A DNA stretch of 64,000 bases, taken from assembly GCA_049510745.1 (NCBI GenBank), contig JBEKYR010000027.1:1-64000 (forward strand). The letters run 5' to 3'. Both the position numbers and the translations under genes were made by a program. Below are positions 30,382-40,979 of the stretch, one piece after another (position 1 is the first letter of the stretch; every line of letters begins with the position of its first letter). Origin of the DNA: Verrucomicrobiota bacterium. GTDB lineage: Bacteria > Verrucomicrobiota > Verrucomicrobiia > Limisphaerales > Palsa-1400. Under the pieces are notes generated by a model. It worked only from the letters and a program-made list of their open reading frames with translations. It had not been told where the DNA came from and ran no database searches.

Positions 30382-31709
30382 GGAAACCCCTGATCCATTC
30401 CAAAGAGAGCTTTCATCCCATCAGTGCGCCGGATTTTCTCCCGCTCAACCAGTTGCACGATCTGCAATTGCAGCGGCTCAGGGCCATCGTGCAGCGCGCC
30501 TACGATCACGTCGCGCTCTTCCGCAAGCGGATGGAGGAACGGCATCTGACGCCGGAGGACGTGCAATCGTTGGAAGATGTGACCCAACTGCCGTTTGCGG
30601 TGAAGACGGATTTGCGCGACACCTATCCGTTCGGGTTGTTTGCCAGCCCGATGAAGGACATCGTGCGCCTGCACGCTTCGACCGGCACGACGGGCAAGCC
30701 GATTGTTGTCGCTTACACGCAGGAAGACATTCAGGTGTGGACCAACGTCATGATGCGCAGCTTTGCGGCGTGCGGATTGCACGCGGGCGACGTCATCCAC
30801 AACGCTTACGGATACGGCCTGTTCACCGGCGGACTGGGGGCGCATTACGGGGCGGAAGCGCTGGGGGCGACGGTCATTCCGATTTCGGGCGGCAACACGC
30901 GGCGGCAGTTGACGGTGATGCAGGATTTTGGAGCGACGGCGATTTGCTGCACGCCAAGTTACTTTCTGCACATCATCGAACAGGCGCCGGAACTGGGGGT
31001 GAAGATCAAGGACCTGCCGCTGCGGGCGGGCGTTTTTGGCGCCGAACCGTGGACGGAATCCATGCGCCGCCGCATCGAAGCGGAGAGCGGCATCAAGGCC
31101 TACGATATTTACGGCCTCTCGGAGATCATCGGGCCGGGTGTGGCGATGGAATGCCAATGCCAGGCAGGGCCGCACGTGTTTGAGGATTGGTTTTATCCGG
31201 AAATCATTGACGTGAAAACCAGCCAGCCCTGCGCCGACGGGGAGGAAGGGGAACTGGTCCTGACCACGCTGGGCAAGCAGGCCATGCCGATGATCCGTTA
31301 CCGGACGCGCGATATCACCACGCTGACCTCCGAGCCTTGCGCCTGCGGCCGCACGTTGCGCCGCATCAAACGCATCGCCCGGCGCAGCGACGACATGATT
31401 ATCATTCGCGGGGTGAACGTTTATCCGTCGCAGATAGAAACGGCGCTCCTGACGATTGAAGGAACTTTGCCGCACTACCAAATCATTCTGACGCGGGAAA
31501 AGGGCCTCGACGAAATCGAAGTGCAGGTGGAGGTCACGCCGGAAGTGTTCGGCGACACCATCGGGGCGCTGGAGCAGTTGCAGGCCAAACTGGGGGCGAG
31601 TCTGGAGAGTTCGGTGGGCCTGCGCGCGAAAGTGCGGCTGGTGCAACCGCACACCATCCCGCGCAGCGAAGGCAAAGCCAAGCGCGTCATTGACCAGCGG
31701 AAAATGTGA
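30378..31709 (+). CDS. paaK: Phenylacetate--CoA ligase
   Basis: DLRDTYPFGLFA, HASTGTTGKP, YGYGLFTGGLG, YGLSEIIGPGVA, RSEGKAKRVID; start ATG 30378. Confidence 0.93.
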   Translation: MRKPLIHSKESFHPISAPDFLPLNQLHDLQLQRLRAIVQRAYDHVALFRKRMEERHLTPEDVQSLEDVTQLPFAVKTDLRDTYPFGLFASPMKDIVRLHASTGTTGKPIVVAYTQEDIQVWTNVMMRSFAACGLHAGDVIHNAYGYGLFTGGLGAHYGAEALGATVIPISGGNTRRQLTVMQDFGATAICCTPSYFLHIIEQAPELGVKIKDLPLRAGVFGAEPWTESMRRRIEAESGIKAYDIYGLSEIIGPGVAMECQCQAGPHVFEDWFYPEIIDVKTSQPCADGEEGELVLTTLGKQAMPMIRYRTRDITTLTSEPCACGRTLRRIKRIARRSDDMIIIRGVNVYPSQIETALLTIEGTLPHYQIILTREKGLDEIEVQVEVTPEVFGDTIGALEQLQAKLGASLESSVGLRAKVRLVQPHTIPRSEGKAKRVIDQRKM

Positions 31710-31722
31710 ACCGGAGGCCTGC

Positions 31723-32163
31723 ATGAAATTGAAACAACTTTCCCTTTTTCTGGAAAACAAACCCGGCGCCCTCAGCCGCCCGATGCGGATTCTGGCCCAG
31801 GCCGGGTTCAACATTTTGACTCTCTCGCTAGCCGACGCCAACCAGTTCGGCATCCTGCGATTGATCCTGCGGGATTGGGACAAAGCCAGGAAGCTGCTGG
31901 AGAAAGAGGGCTTCCTGGTCAAGGTCACCGACATGGTGGCCGTGGAGGTGGCGGACAAGCCCGGCGGGCTGGCGGCAATACTCGACGTGCTGGAAAAGGC
32001 GGGCGTCAACGTCGAGTTCATGTATGCCTTCACCGAAAAGCGGGAAAGGAAGGCCGTGATGGTTTTTCGTTTTGACGATCCGGACCACGCCATCCGGGTT
32101 TTGCGGAAAAGCGCCATCAACGTGGTGGGCAGCGGTGAGCTGTTCCGGCAATGGGAAGGGTGA
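31723..32163 (+). CDS. Tandem ACT-domain protein
   Basis: QLSLFLENKPG, ADANQFGILRL, DKPGGL, NVEFMYAF. Confidence 0.9.
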   Translation: MKLKQLSLFLENKPGALSRPMRILAQAGFNILTLSLADANQFGILRLILRDWDKARKLLEKEGFLVKVTDMVAVEVADKPGGLAAILDVLEKAGVNVEFMYAFTEKRERKAVMVFRFDDPDHAIRVLRKSAINVVGSGELFRQWEG

Positions 32164-32168
32164 CGGAC

Positions 32169-32567
32169 ATGGAAAACGTCAGGCAATGCTTCAAGAACGA
32201 CCATTTTGCCGAGCGCGCGAATGTCGAATTGCTGTCCGTTTCACCCGGACGCGCGACGGCCAAGATGGTGCTGCATCCGCACCATTTGAACGGGCTTAGG
32301 ACGATTCAAGGGGGGGCGATTTTCACGCTGGCGGATTTTGCCTTCGCGCTGGCGGCCAATTCGCATGGCACGGTGGCGGTGGCCATCAACGCGAGCATCA
32401 CGTTCATGAAAGCCGCGCGCACCGGCACCCTTTGGGCCGAGGCGAGGGAAGTGTCCAAGAACTTCAAAATCGGATCATACGTGGTCGAGGTGAAGGACGA
32501 CCACGGGGATTTGGTGGCCCAGTTTCAAGGGCTGGCGTATCGCAAGAAAGACAAGCTGCCCACGTGA
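32169..32567 (+). CDS. paaI: PaaI-family thioesterase
   Basis: HLNG...GGAIFTLADFAFALAANS, QFQGLAYRK. Confidence 0.85.
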   Translation: MENVRQCFKNDHFAERANVELLSVSPGRATAKMVLHPHHLNGLRTIQGGAIFTLADFAFALAANSHGTVAVAINASITFMKAARTGTLWAEAREVSKNFKIGSYVVEVKDDHGDLVAQFQGLAYRKKDKLPT

Positions 32568-32605
32568 GGCTTTAACAAGAATGGACTGGCGATGCGGCGG
32601 GCCGT

Positions 32606-33496
32606 TCAGCGCACCTGGACCGTGCATCGGGCTTGCACCCAAGGCAAGTCCTGCATAGACAAGGGTTGGCCAGGAGGTGGACTCGCTGGGAAGCCGGAGG
32701 CTCCGCCATCCATACCCGCAAGAACATTTCTATCAGTCCATTTTCTGATCTCAGCATGACCGTCAATGAAGGAAAGCCCGCCGGAATTGACATGGTAGTG
32801 GGCGGGAGAGTCTATCCATTGCGTCCTGCTGTCGAGATCCTGCACCCAGTAGCCGTCATTGATCGTGGCGGGATTCTCATCCAGGAAAACCAGGGCCTTC
32901 GCCGTTGGCAGTTGCGTAATCTTGGAGAGCTTTAAAAAGTCAATACAAGGGATGGAAACGCCCCACGCTGGAATGCCATTCATCCACGCGTTCATCGAAT
33001 AGCTGCGAACGGTCGGGATGTTGCCCGCCCCCATTTTCATGTCCGCGGGACACTTGAAAACGGCCGTGGAACCCAGGAACGGATAGAGAAGCCCGTGCGT
33101 AAGGAAGGCGGCATTGGTCGCTTCTGTCGCTTGACTGATGTCACCGAGGACCCAACTGGCCCAAGGCTGGCCGGGCTGGGAGAGCGGGTCTGTCGGCGTG
33201 CCGGCAAAATGGGGGCCGTCGCTGGCAAGATTCTGGGTGATGGTGTCGCTGTTCTCCCCCGCGTAGGAAATCCACGCAATCTGGAGTTGTCTAAGATTGC
33301 TCTTGCACTTGGTTGCCTGGCTCTGCTTTTTGGCGTTAGCCAGGGCCGGGAGCAAGAGGGCGGCGAGGATGGCGATGATGGCGATGACGACCAACAATTC
33401 GATCAGCGTAAATCCATATCCGCGTGCGGGTGGCTTTTCATCGTTCCAATCTTCCGGCACATATTTCATATGATCGGCGCTAATTAATCGCGACAT
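32606..33496 (-). CDS. Prepilin-type N-terminal cleavage/methylation protein with H-X9-DG motif
   Basis: [58 protein letters not shown]; start 33496 or 33469. Confidence 0.92.
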   Translation of the reverse strand: MSRLISADHMKYVPEDWNDEKPPARGYGFTLIELLVVIAIIAILAALLLPALANAKKQSQATKCKSNLRQLQIAWISYAGENSDTITQNLASDGPHFAGTPTDPLSQPGQPWASWVLGDISQATEATNAAFLTHGLLYPFLGSTAVFKCPADMKMGAGNIPTVRSYSMNAWMNGIPAWGVSIPCIDFLKLSKITQLPTAKALVFLDENPATINDGYWVQDLDSRTQWIDSPAHYHVNSGGLSFIDGHAEIRKWTDRNVLAGMDGGASGFPASPPPGQPLSMQDLPWVQARCTVQVR

Positions 33497-33506
33497 GCGG
33501 ATTTTG

Positions 33507-33544
33507 AAAAAGCCGGCCGGAGCGAATACAGCCCCAGCCGGCTC
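33507..33544 (-). terminator. Intrinsic terminator-like hairpin between the LamG gene and the prepilin gene
   Basis: AGCCGGC...GCCGGCT stem followed by TTTT on the minus strand. Confidence 0.55.
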
Positions 33545-33575
33545 GTGTTAATTCATGTTCTAGGGTTGCACTGGC

Positions 33576-36500
33576 TCAATGGACCTTCACTTGGAAGAAC
33601 TCCACAGCAGTATTCGTCGTGCTAACTACGAAGGGCGACACAGCGCCGGGCACCGGCACCCAAGGCCCGGCCACGTTGGTTGCGCTCATCAAGGTGCCAT
33701 AGTTGGCCCAGTTCAGGGTCAGGGCGCTGCCGCTGACGGTCGAGGTGATACTGACCGGGTCAAGGCTGACCGCTTGGATTTGGGCTCCATTGAAGTCAGG
33801 TTCCGTGTTGGGGTTACCGTTCGAAAGGAGGCCAATGGGTGTCTCGTTCACCATCAACCCGCCGTTGGAAACGCGGACGTTGTCAAAGAGCGCGGTGTTG
33901 TCGCCAGGGGCAAAGATGAAGTCCTGCTGGAAAACGTTGTCCTCGCTTACGCCATTGACTGTGAACTCGGTGCCCCGAGAATCGTCCTGATATGTTCCGC
34001 TGATGCCATACACCACCAGATTGTAGGTGCCGTTGGGCAAGTTGGTGAAGACAAATGCGGTTGGCGTATTGACGTAGGGATCCAACAAGCCATTGTCCTC
34101 CGGATATCCCATAAACCAGGATCCGGGGTAATTCGTCGCCTGGAGGTCAATCCCGCTGGGGGTGACACCGTCGTCGCAGTAACTGGTCGAGTTGGCAAAC
34201 TGCCCGCCGCTCAGGGCGTTCCAGAAGGTTCCGCTGCCCAGGACGCCGGGGCCGCTGTAGGCGGTGGTCGGCGCACCGTTGTTGGGGCCGATAACGGCGA
34301 AATTGACCGTCCAGAGCCCGTTGAGCGGGATGGGAGTAAGGCTCACCGTCGCCACGCTGCTGGTGGCCGAACCATAAGAATTGGTCAGCACGAGTTGGTA
34401 ATTCATCGCGTCTGCAAGGGTGGTGTGGATGGTGAGGGTGCTGGAATAGGCGCCCGAGAGGTGGCCATCGTTCGCGAGGTTATGGAAGACGCCACCGGTG
34501 CCGCCCTGCCACTGGTAACCCGGGACCGGATAGCCAATGCCATAAGCTGTCAGAGTGACCGTCTGGCCGACAAAGGTCGAGACGGAGGACAAGCCCGCGA
34601 CCGAAACCGGTTGCTGGGAGATCATGGGAGCCACGCCACCACCTTGGGCCGTGAAGTAGAGGTTCAACACTTGCGCGTCAGAAAGAGCTGAACCAAAGAC
34701 AGCCACTTCGTCTATGAAACCCGTAAAGTCCTTGTTACCGGTCGAAGCGTTCGGATCCCCGCCGAGCCACGTCGTCGTCGCGCTGCCAAAAGTCTCAAGA
34801 CTGTTGGCCGCAGTATTGACCATCTTGAAGGCATTGGTAGTCGTGCCATTGGTATAGCAGAGATAGAGCGAAGCGTTCGTGGGTGTAATCGTCAGCGCCA
34901 CAAACGCCCAAGTGTTAAGCGGCGCGAACAAGCCGGAATGGAAATTCCAACTGCTCGATTTGTTGTTCCAAACGTAACCCAGTTCAGCTTGCCCAAAAGT
35001 GGGGGAGCTGGAGTTGGTGTCCGTGTTGCCGCCAAAGTTCAAGCCGGCCGCGTCCGCCACGCCGCGGTTGAACAGCAAACCGCCCGCCGTGGGAGCATCC
35101 GCAGTGGGATAAATCCAAGCGGTAATCGTCACATTGGCGCTGCTCAAGTTCAAGGGCGGGACAACCAAAGTCCCGTTTGCCGTGCCTTGGGAGAAGCCTG
35201 CGGCAGTATTAGTGGTTTCGAACCCAACGAACTCTGGGGATTGCGGGCCGGGGTTGCCGGTCGTCACTCCCGAGCCGTAGATGGCATTCAAGCCATTACC
35301 ACTGGCGTCATAAGCCTGGTAAGTGGCGGTGGCGGGATCGCCAGCCTCGTCCAAGCGCCAATAGGCCACCGGCGATTCGGAGAGAACGTCATAGGCATAA
35401 GCCTGGCTCGGAGTGGGCGCGGGCGGGTCTGCCAGCACCGTCAGCGTGGCGGGGTCGCTGCTCAAATTGCCCTTCACATTGGTGGCAGCAAGCTCATAGC
35501 TGCCGCTTTCGGACAACTGAAGATTGGCCAGAACCAAGTTCATATTGGTAATCGTCGCCGGACCGATGTTGGTGAAGCCGCTGCCAGCGTTCACTTGCCA
35601 CTGGTTGGTGATGGGCTGGGTGCCGTTGAAGGCGGCGGCCAAGGTCACCGTGCCGCCGGCGAAGGCGTAAATATTGAAAGGAACCGGATCGCCATTCAAA
35701 GGAGTCGTATCGCTGGTCAGGATGGGCTGGGAGGCCGCGGTGACATTGAGAACGGCGACCAAAGAAGTCACCGTGCCAAAGGTGTTGGCCACGACGCAGG
35801 CATAGTTAATAGCGTACGAGCCTTGATCCGGCGGAACAACCACTACGGCGGAATTCGTTGCATTGGGAATGTTGGTCAGACTGCCACCACCGCCACCATC
35901 CGTTTGCCATTGATAAGTCATCGAGCTGAGGCTTGACGCCACCTCGGTCAACGTCACTAGAGACAAGGCATAAGCAGGATTGTAGTTGATCTCCGGCACC
36001 GAGGTTATGGGGGTTGCGGGGGTGGGGACAATTTGGAAGCCCATCAGTTTGCCAGCCTGATAATCGCCAGTGGGTTCATCGGTGCGGAGCAATATCGCGT
36101 CGTTAGTGAGGCCGTTGAAAACTATGTAGTTCCCCGAACCGGTCTTGTTGGCGTAGCTGGTGGAGGTCGAAGGGACTTGCGTGTAGGTTCCATTAAAGGG
36201 GCCGTTATCTTGACAGAACATATGGGGCGTCAAGTCGCCGCCTTCAACCATATTCCACCACGAGGGATTGCCGCTGGTCACCGCCTGAACCCAATGTTCG
36301 CTGGTGCCGTACCATCCGTGCCAGCCTTGGACGTAAAACACGACAGAATAGCTGGGTGATCCCTTCTCCGCCAGCCAGGCCTGGATGCCGCCCACATAGA
36401 CAAGCGGCTTTTGGTTAAAGGCTGCGCCGTAGCACGAGCCGGCCGTCAGCGGTCCGGGCGGGCCGCCAGCCCAGTCGGTGGAATTAAAGCCGTCCATCAA

Positions 36501-36836
36501 TTTCGAATCCGACGTGCCCAAGGTCGCGTAAGCCCCGCTTGAATAAGACCAAACCGAATCCCACTGCATATGCAGTCCCGAATCGGCCCCCGTGGCGTCC
36601 AAGATGCCGGAGGTAACGTCGCCCCACCGGTCGAAGTTATTCCAATTGGTTTGCGCAAAACCGGGAGCGCCAGCCAGTTCATTAGTCATCAAGGAATCGG
36701 TCTGATTAGTGTCAATGCCTTCGCCGTCAACCCCGTTGAAGTTCACGCCAACCGAGATAGTCGGACCGGCGTACAAGGCGACGGCACTGCTAATCAGCGT
36801 CAAAGTCGTAGCGAAAAGAAGCTGTAATTTTTTCAT
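33576..36836 (-). CDS. Large secreted LamG/immunoglobulin multidomain protein
   Basis: Signal MKKLQLLFATTL; Ig repeats (YQWQ...Y...TN..G..TS); LamG (PVAYWRLDE...FTGFIDEVAVFGSALS); C-terminal EFFQV domain. Confidence 0.85.
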   Translation of the reverse strand: MKKLQLLFATTLTLISSAVALYAGPTISVGVNFNGVDGEGIDTNQTDSLMTNELAGAPGFAQTNWNNFDRWGDVTSGILDATGADSGLHMQWDSVWSYSSGAYATLGTSDSKLMDGFNSTDWAGGPPGPLTAGSCYGAAFNQKPLVYVGGIQAWLAEKGSPSYSVVFYVQGWHGWYGTSEHWVQAVTSGNPSWWNMVEGGDLTPHMFCQDNGPFNGTYTQVPSTSTSYANKTGSGNYIVFNGLTNDAILLRTDEPTGDYQAGKLMGFQIVPTPATPITSVPEINYNPAYALSLVTLTEVASSLSSMTYQWQTDGGGGGSLTNIPNATNSAVVVVPPDQGSYAINYACVVANTFGTVTSLVAVLNVTAASQPILTSDTTPLNGDPVPFNIYAFAGGTVTLAAAFNGTQPITNQWQVNAGSGFTNIGPATITNMNLVLANLQLSESGSYELAATNVKGNLSSDPATLTVLADPPAPTPSQAYAYDVLSESPVAYWRLDEAGDPATATYQAYDASGNGLNAIYGSGVTTGNPGPQSPEFVGFETTNTAAGFSQGTANGTLVVPPLNLSSANVTITAWIYPTADAPTAGGLLFNRGVADAAGLNFGGNTDTNSSSPTFGQAELGYVWNNKSSSWNFHSGLFAPLNTWAFVALTITPTNASLYLCYTNGTTTNAFKMVNTAANSLETFGSATTTWLGGDPNASTGNKDFTGFIDEVAVFGSALSDAQVLNLYFTAQGGGVAPMISQQPVSVAGLSSVSTFVGQTVTLTAYGIGYPVPGYQWQGGTGGVFHNLANDGHLSGAYSSTLTIHTTLADAMNYQLVLTNSYGSATSSVATVSLTPIPLNGLWTVNFAVIGPNNGAPTTAYSGPGVLGSGTFWNALSGGQFANSTSYCDDGVTPSGIDLQATNYPGSWFMGYPEDNGLLDPYVNTPTAFVFTNLPNGTYNLVVYGISGTYQDDSRGTEFTVNGVSEDNVFQQDFIFAPGDNTALFDNVRVSNGGLMVNETPIGLLSNGNPNTEPDFNGAQIQAVSLDPVSITSTVSGSALTLNWANYGTLMSATNVAGPWVPVPGAVSPFVVSTTNTAVEFFQVKVH

Positions 36837-37062
36837 AGGATTTTTGGAGTCGTACTTTCTGTTTTTAGACCAAGGAGTGTTTTGCCAATTGTTTGTTGGG
36901 GGTTGGATATGGTTGTCAGATACGGGTTTATATGTCCTGCCGGAGCCTGGGCGTCGCAGGCCACGGTGTTTTCGCACCGACGGGGGCGACCGACTGCGGC
37001 ATCGTTGCGAAAAACACGGGTTCCATGCGGGTCATTCTCCCAAAAACCAGGCAGGTTGTATA

Positions 37063-37080
37063 GTCCTCAAAACAGAGGAC
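37063..37080. promoter_or_regulatory. Operator-like palindrome GTCCTC-N6-GAGGAC (copy 1)
   Basis: GTCCTCAAAACAGAGGAC upstream of the LamG gene; matches copies at 37794 and 40980. Confidence 0.7.
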
Positions 37081-37094
37081 AAAGGGGGGATGGG

Positions 37095-37766
37095 CTAAGA
37101 ACGTTTGCTCCATCGGCCCTCATCGAGGTTGATTTGCGCGTAGGTGGCCACGGCCTGGGCGCGGGAGTGGACGTGCAGCTTCTCATAAATCCGGCGGACA
37201 TAGGTGCTGACGGTCGTGACGCTGATGCCCAGGGCGTCGGAAATATCCTTGCCGGCGTATCCCCTGGCCAAGAGCCCCAGGACTTCCTGCTCCCGCTGGG
37301 ACAGTTCGCCCGGTTGCGGCGCGCCCGGTGTGGCGGGCCGAAAGGATTGCACGATTTTCCTGGCGATACTGCTGGTGATGGGAGAACCGCCGGCGTGGAC
37401 ATCCTGCAGGGCCGCCAGCAGGCCTTCGCGCGAAGCCCGTTTGAGCAGATAACCGCTGGCGCCCGCGGACAAGGCATCGAAGATATGGTCGGCATCTTCA
37501 TAGACGGTGAGCATGACGAACTGGGTGTCGGGCAATTGCGGCTTCAAGCGGCGCACACACTCGATGCCGCTCAGACCGGGGAGATTAATGTCCATCAAGA
37601 CCACGTCTGGCTTTTCCTGGACCAGGTGGCCGAGCGCGCTTTTGGCGCTGCCATGTTCGCCCACGCAACGAAACCCGTTGGCGCGGTTGATTAAGGCTGC
37701 CAGGATCTGGCGCGCGGGCGCATCGTCCTCGACAATGGAGACGGCAATGTTCACGTTCTTGCGCAT
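37095..37766 (-). CDS. NarL/LuxR-family response regulator
   Basis: IVEDD, LMDINLPG, HTH TTVSTYVRRIYEKLHVHSR. Confidence 0.95.
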   Translation of the reverse strand: MRKNVNIAVSIVEDDAPARQILAALINRANGFRCVGEHGSAKSALGHLVQEKPDVVLMDINLPGLSGIECVRRLKPQLPDTQFVMLTVYEDADHIFDALSAGASGYLLKRASREGLLAALQDVHAGGSPITSSIARKIVQSFRPATPGAPQPGELSQREQEVLGLLARGYAGKDISDALGISVTTVSTYVRRIYEKLHVHSRAQAVATYAQINLDEGRWSKRS

Positions 37767-37793
37767 GATAGGGTAAAGAGGCGTCCATGTCGC

Positions 37794-37811
37794 GTCGTCA
37801 ATAATGAGGAC
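37794..37811. promoter_or_regulatory. Operator-like palindrome (copy 2)
   Basis: GTCGTCAATAATGAGGAC about 28 nt upstream of the regulator start. Confidence 0.65.
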
Positions 37812-37850
37812 AAGCCCGGCGGCGCAAGGGGCCTCTGTCATTAATATCGT

Positions 37851-40800
37851 TCATGGTCTGAACGGCACGGTAAACCGCACCGCCGAGCCGGCCCCAAGGG
37901 TGCTATGGATTTCGCACCAGCCGCCGATCTCGGAAAGCCGTTGCCGCATGTTGGCCAATCCACAACCGTCCTCGGCATCGCCTCCGGCGGACAAAGGACT
38001 GGCCGGCGGGGCGGGGGGGTTGAACCCCTTTCCATTGTCCTCGACAGACAAGACCAGGGCCTCCGACTCCAAGGAAAAGGAGAGAGAGACCCGGACCTCG
38101 GTGGCGGCGGCGTGTTTGAGCACGTTGTTCAACGCTTCCTTGAAGGCCAGGTAGAGATTGTGCCGCACTTCGGTGGTCAAAGGCCGCACGGGCAGATGGA
38201 CCGGCATGTCCAAGCGGCAGCGGATGGCGGCGGTTTCCAACATATCCTGGGCGAAATTCCCCAGGTAGCTGGCCAGACTGTCCAAGCTGTCGAATCGCGG
38301 ATTGACCGCCCAAACGATCTCGTCCAGGGCCTGCACCGATTCGCGGCTGGTGCTGAAGATGCGCCTGAGCGCATCGCCTGCCTGGGGGGGAGTGACCGTT
38401 TCGATCGGAACGCCGTCGCTCAGAAGCGAAATCCGAGTCAACCTGGCGCCCAAATCGTCGTGTATGTCCCGGGCGATTCGCGCGCGCTCGCGGTCGATGG
38501 CGCGCTGGCGTTCCAATCCCTCAAGCCGGCGGCGCATCCGGCGCCGCAGGTCCAGATGGACGCCGATGCCGACGGCGGCGATGATGGCTGCTCCCGAAAT
38601 GACAAGAAACCACGAAGTCTGCCAAAAGTACGGCAGGAGATTGAAAGCGAAGTCGGCTCCCTTCTCATTCCAGACCGCGTCGTTGTTGCAGGCGATGACG
38701 TGAAAGAGGTAGTTGCCCGGTGGAAGGTAGGTGAAGTCGGCCCCGCGCTTGGTCCCGGCGTCCACCCAGTCGGTTTCCAAGCCTTCCAGCCGATAGCGGA
38801 AGCGCACCTTTTCCGGGGCGACAAAACTTAAGGCCGTGTAGTCAATTTCAATCCGGTGCTGGCCCGGAGCAATCCGCAAGGGTCCCTCTGTGGAGGCGCC
38901 AGTGGCGCGGGGGTGGCCATCGACTCGCACCTCCTCCACCACGACAGGCGGAGGACGGCGGTTGACGTGGATGTCCTTTGGATCCACGGCGACCAAGCCT
39001 TTGCCGGTCGGAAACCAGAGCCGGCCGTCGGCGGTTTTGCATCCCGCGGGCTGGAAGCCGGTGGAACACTCCAGTGTCGGCAGGCCGTCGCTCTTGCCGA
39101 AGGTGACGGCATGAACCCAATTGGTTTTGCCGTCGGCGCACAGATCCAGTTCCTGCTTGGCCGCGCGGATAATGCCGGCGTGCGAACTCAACCAATAGCT
39201 GCCGTTGCCGTCGTCCACAATGCAACCAATGATATCATTGGGCAATCCCTGGCGCGCGGTAATGGCCGCGAAGCGGCCGTTTTTCAACCGGTTCAGACCG
39301 CCGCCAAAAGTGCCAATCCAGAGTGCGCCTTCGTCGTCGAAATGGAGACACTGGACGAAATCACTGGTGAGGCCATTGGGCTTGCCAAAATGTCGCAATT
39401 CACCATTCCTCAAAGTTAAGCGAGCCAGTCCGCCACCTAACATGCCGAACCAAACCGTCCCCTGGCTGTCTTCCACGATGGCGCGCACGTCCATTCGGAC
39501 AGATTCTCGTCTCTGGCCAAACCAGACGCCATTTTTTCCGTCGTAGCGCAGCAACCCTGCCTCAGTCCCCACCCATAAGCCGCCCCCCCGGATGCACAAG
39601 AGAGCCGGCATCGGAACGGTGATTTCCTCCAGCCCCGGCGCGTGTTCGAAGAGGTCATTTTTTTGGACGAACAAGCCGGCGCCCCAGGTGCCGGCCCAGA
39701 GGCGCCCGTCCGCATCCTCCGTCACGGACCAGACAAACAAATTCATCAGACCGGCGTTGGTGCCAACCTGTGACCATTGGCCGTCCTTGAAACGGTACAA
39801 ACCCGCCCCCTCGGTGCCGATCCAGACGCCGCCCTCATGGCTTGGGGAAACCGAGAGCACAGGGCGTCCCTGCCATTGATCAGGGGGATTGACCGCCGCC
39901 ACACAACTTGGGCGGAGGATGGCCAAGCCGCCGCCGCCGGTTGCGACCCATAGATTGCCTTCGCGGTCGGCGCACAGGCTCCGTATCCAATCATTGAGCA
40001 AGCCATTGGTGCGGCTGAAGTTGATCGTTTCGCGCTGGGGACTGACCAAAAAGAGTCCCTTATCCTGAGTCCCCACCGCCAGCAAGCCGGTTTTGGTTTC
40101 AATGAACGCGGTCATTGGCGAATCCTGCCAAGGGGCCGGCATTCCGGCGTCAACCCAAGTGGTCCCATTCCATTTGCGCAGAAGGTTTTGGCTGGCCACC
40201 CAGAGATTGCCATCGCGGCTTGGGCAAATCCCCTGGACATACGATTGCTCCGGGGGTCCGTCCAACGGCTGCGAAGTCAAGACGCCGCGGCGCAGAAAGG
40301 AAGCGTAGCCGTCCCGTGTGACCCAGACCGACCCATCGAAACCGCCGGCAAAGCCAACCAGTTTCTCCCTTCGGCCAGCTTCCGGCGAGGCAACCCTTCC
40401 ATCCTTCACGCGCCCCAGTATGCCTTGATCATTGACCAGCCAGACGTCGCCGGTGTCATCGGCGGCGATCCCAAAAATCTTCCGGCCTTTCCAGGAGGCG
40501 CGAACCGGTTCCGCATGGAAATGTCCGTGTTTGTCGGAGCGGGTCAGTTCCCCGGCTTCATGGCCAATCCACAGGGTTCCTTGATCGTCCTGAAAGAGAC
40601 ACGTGATGCGGCTGCTGGCCAGCTCCGGGGTGTTGCCGCTGTCAAATACGGTAAAGCGCGCGCCGTCAAACCTGGCCAGCCCGCTATAAGTGCCGAGCCA
40701 GATATAGCCGTCGTCGGTCTGCACGACCGAGGTGACGGAGTCCTCCGGCAGGCCGTCCTCGACCAGCAGGTTGCGGACGAAGTAGTTGGGCAGATCGGCC

Positions 40801-40913
40801 AGGGCGACCCCGGGAGCCTGGCCGGCGAACCCAAGCGCCAAAGCCAGACCAAGGCGGGCGATCCTCAAAGAAGAGGAAATGAAATCGACTTGGGTTGGCA
40901 GGGCGCGGTTCAT
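37851..40913 (-). CDS. Propeller/Y_Y_Y sensor histidine kinase (HisKA_3)
   Basis: Reg_prop repeats, FRYRLEG, IARDIHDDLG, EALNNVLKH, DNGKG. Confidence 0.94.
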   Translation of the reverse strand: MNRALPTQVDFISSSLRIARLGLALALGFAGQAPGVALADLPNYFVRNLLVEDGLPEDSVTSVVQTDDGYIWLGTYSGLARFDGARFTVFDSGNTPELASSRITCLFQDDQGTLWIGHEAGELTRSDKHGHFHAEPVRASWKGRKIFGIAADDTGDVWLVNDQGILGRVKDGRVASPEAGRREKLVGFAGGFDGSVWVTRDGYASFLRRGVLTSQPLDGPPEQSYVQGICPSRDGNLWVASQNLLRKWNGTTWVDAGMPAPWQDSPMTAFIETKTGLLAVGTQDKGLFLVSPQRETINFSRTNGLLNDWIRSLCADREGNLWVATGGGGLAILRPSCVAAVNPPDQWQGRPVLSVSPSHEGGVWIGTEGAGLYRFKDGQWSQVGTNAGLMNLFVWSVTEDADGRLWAGTWGAGLFVQKNDLFEHAPGLEEITVPMPALLCIRGGGLWVGTEAGLLRYDGKNGVWFGQRRESVRMDVRAIVEDSQGTVWFGMLGGGLARLTLRNGELRHFGKPNGLTSDFVQCLHFDDEGALWIGTFGGGLNRLKNGRFAAITARQGLPNDIIGCIVDDGNGSYWLSSHAGIIRAAKQELDLCADGKTNWVHAVTFGKSDGLPTLECSTGFQPAGCKTADGRLWFPTGKGLVAVDPKDIHVNRRPPPVVVEEVRVDGHPRATGASTEGPLRIAPGQHRIEIDYTALSFVAPEKVRFRYRLEGLETDWVDAGTKRGADFTYLPPGNYLFHVIACNNDAVWNEKGADFAFNLLPYFWQTSWFLVISGAAIIAAVGIGVHLDLRRRMRRRLEGLERQRAIDRERARIARDIHDDLGARLTRISLLSDGVPIETVTPPQAGDALRRIFSTSRESVQALDEIVWAVNPRFDSLDSLASYLGNFAQDMLETAAIRCRLDMPVHLPVRPLTTEVRHNLYLAFKEALNNVLKHAAATEVRVSLSFSLESEALVLSVEDNGKGFNPPAPPASPLSAGGDAEDGCGLANMRQRLSEIGGWCEIHSTLGAGSAVRFTVPFRP

Positions 40914-40979
40914 TGGGAAAATAGTGCAAACAGACGCGGCTCAACCGCAAGACTGGAATTGGAGGCGCGCTCAACGCGG

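Noticed and set aside
4530..32204. Long antisense ORFs (e.g. 4530-6302, 9123-10652, 15962-17941, 22414-23844, 30219-32204)
   Set aside because: Shadow frames of well-supported genes, expected in high-GC DNA, with no motifs of their own.
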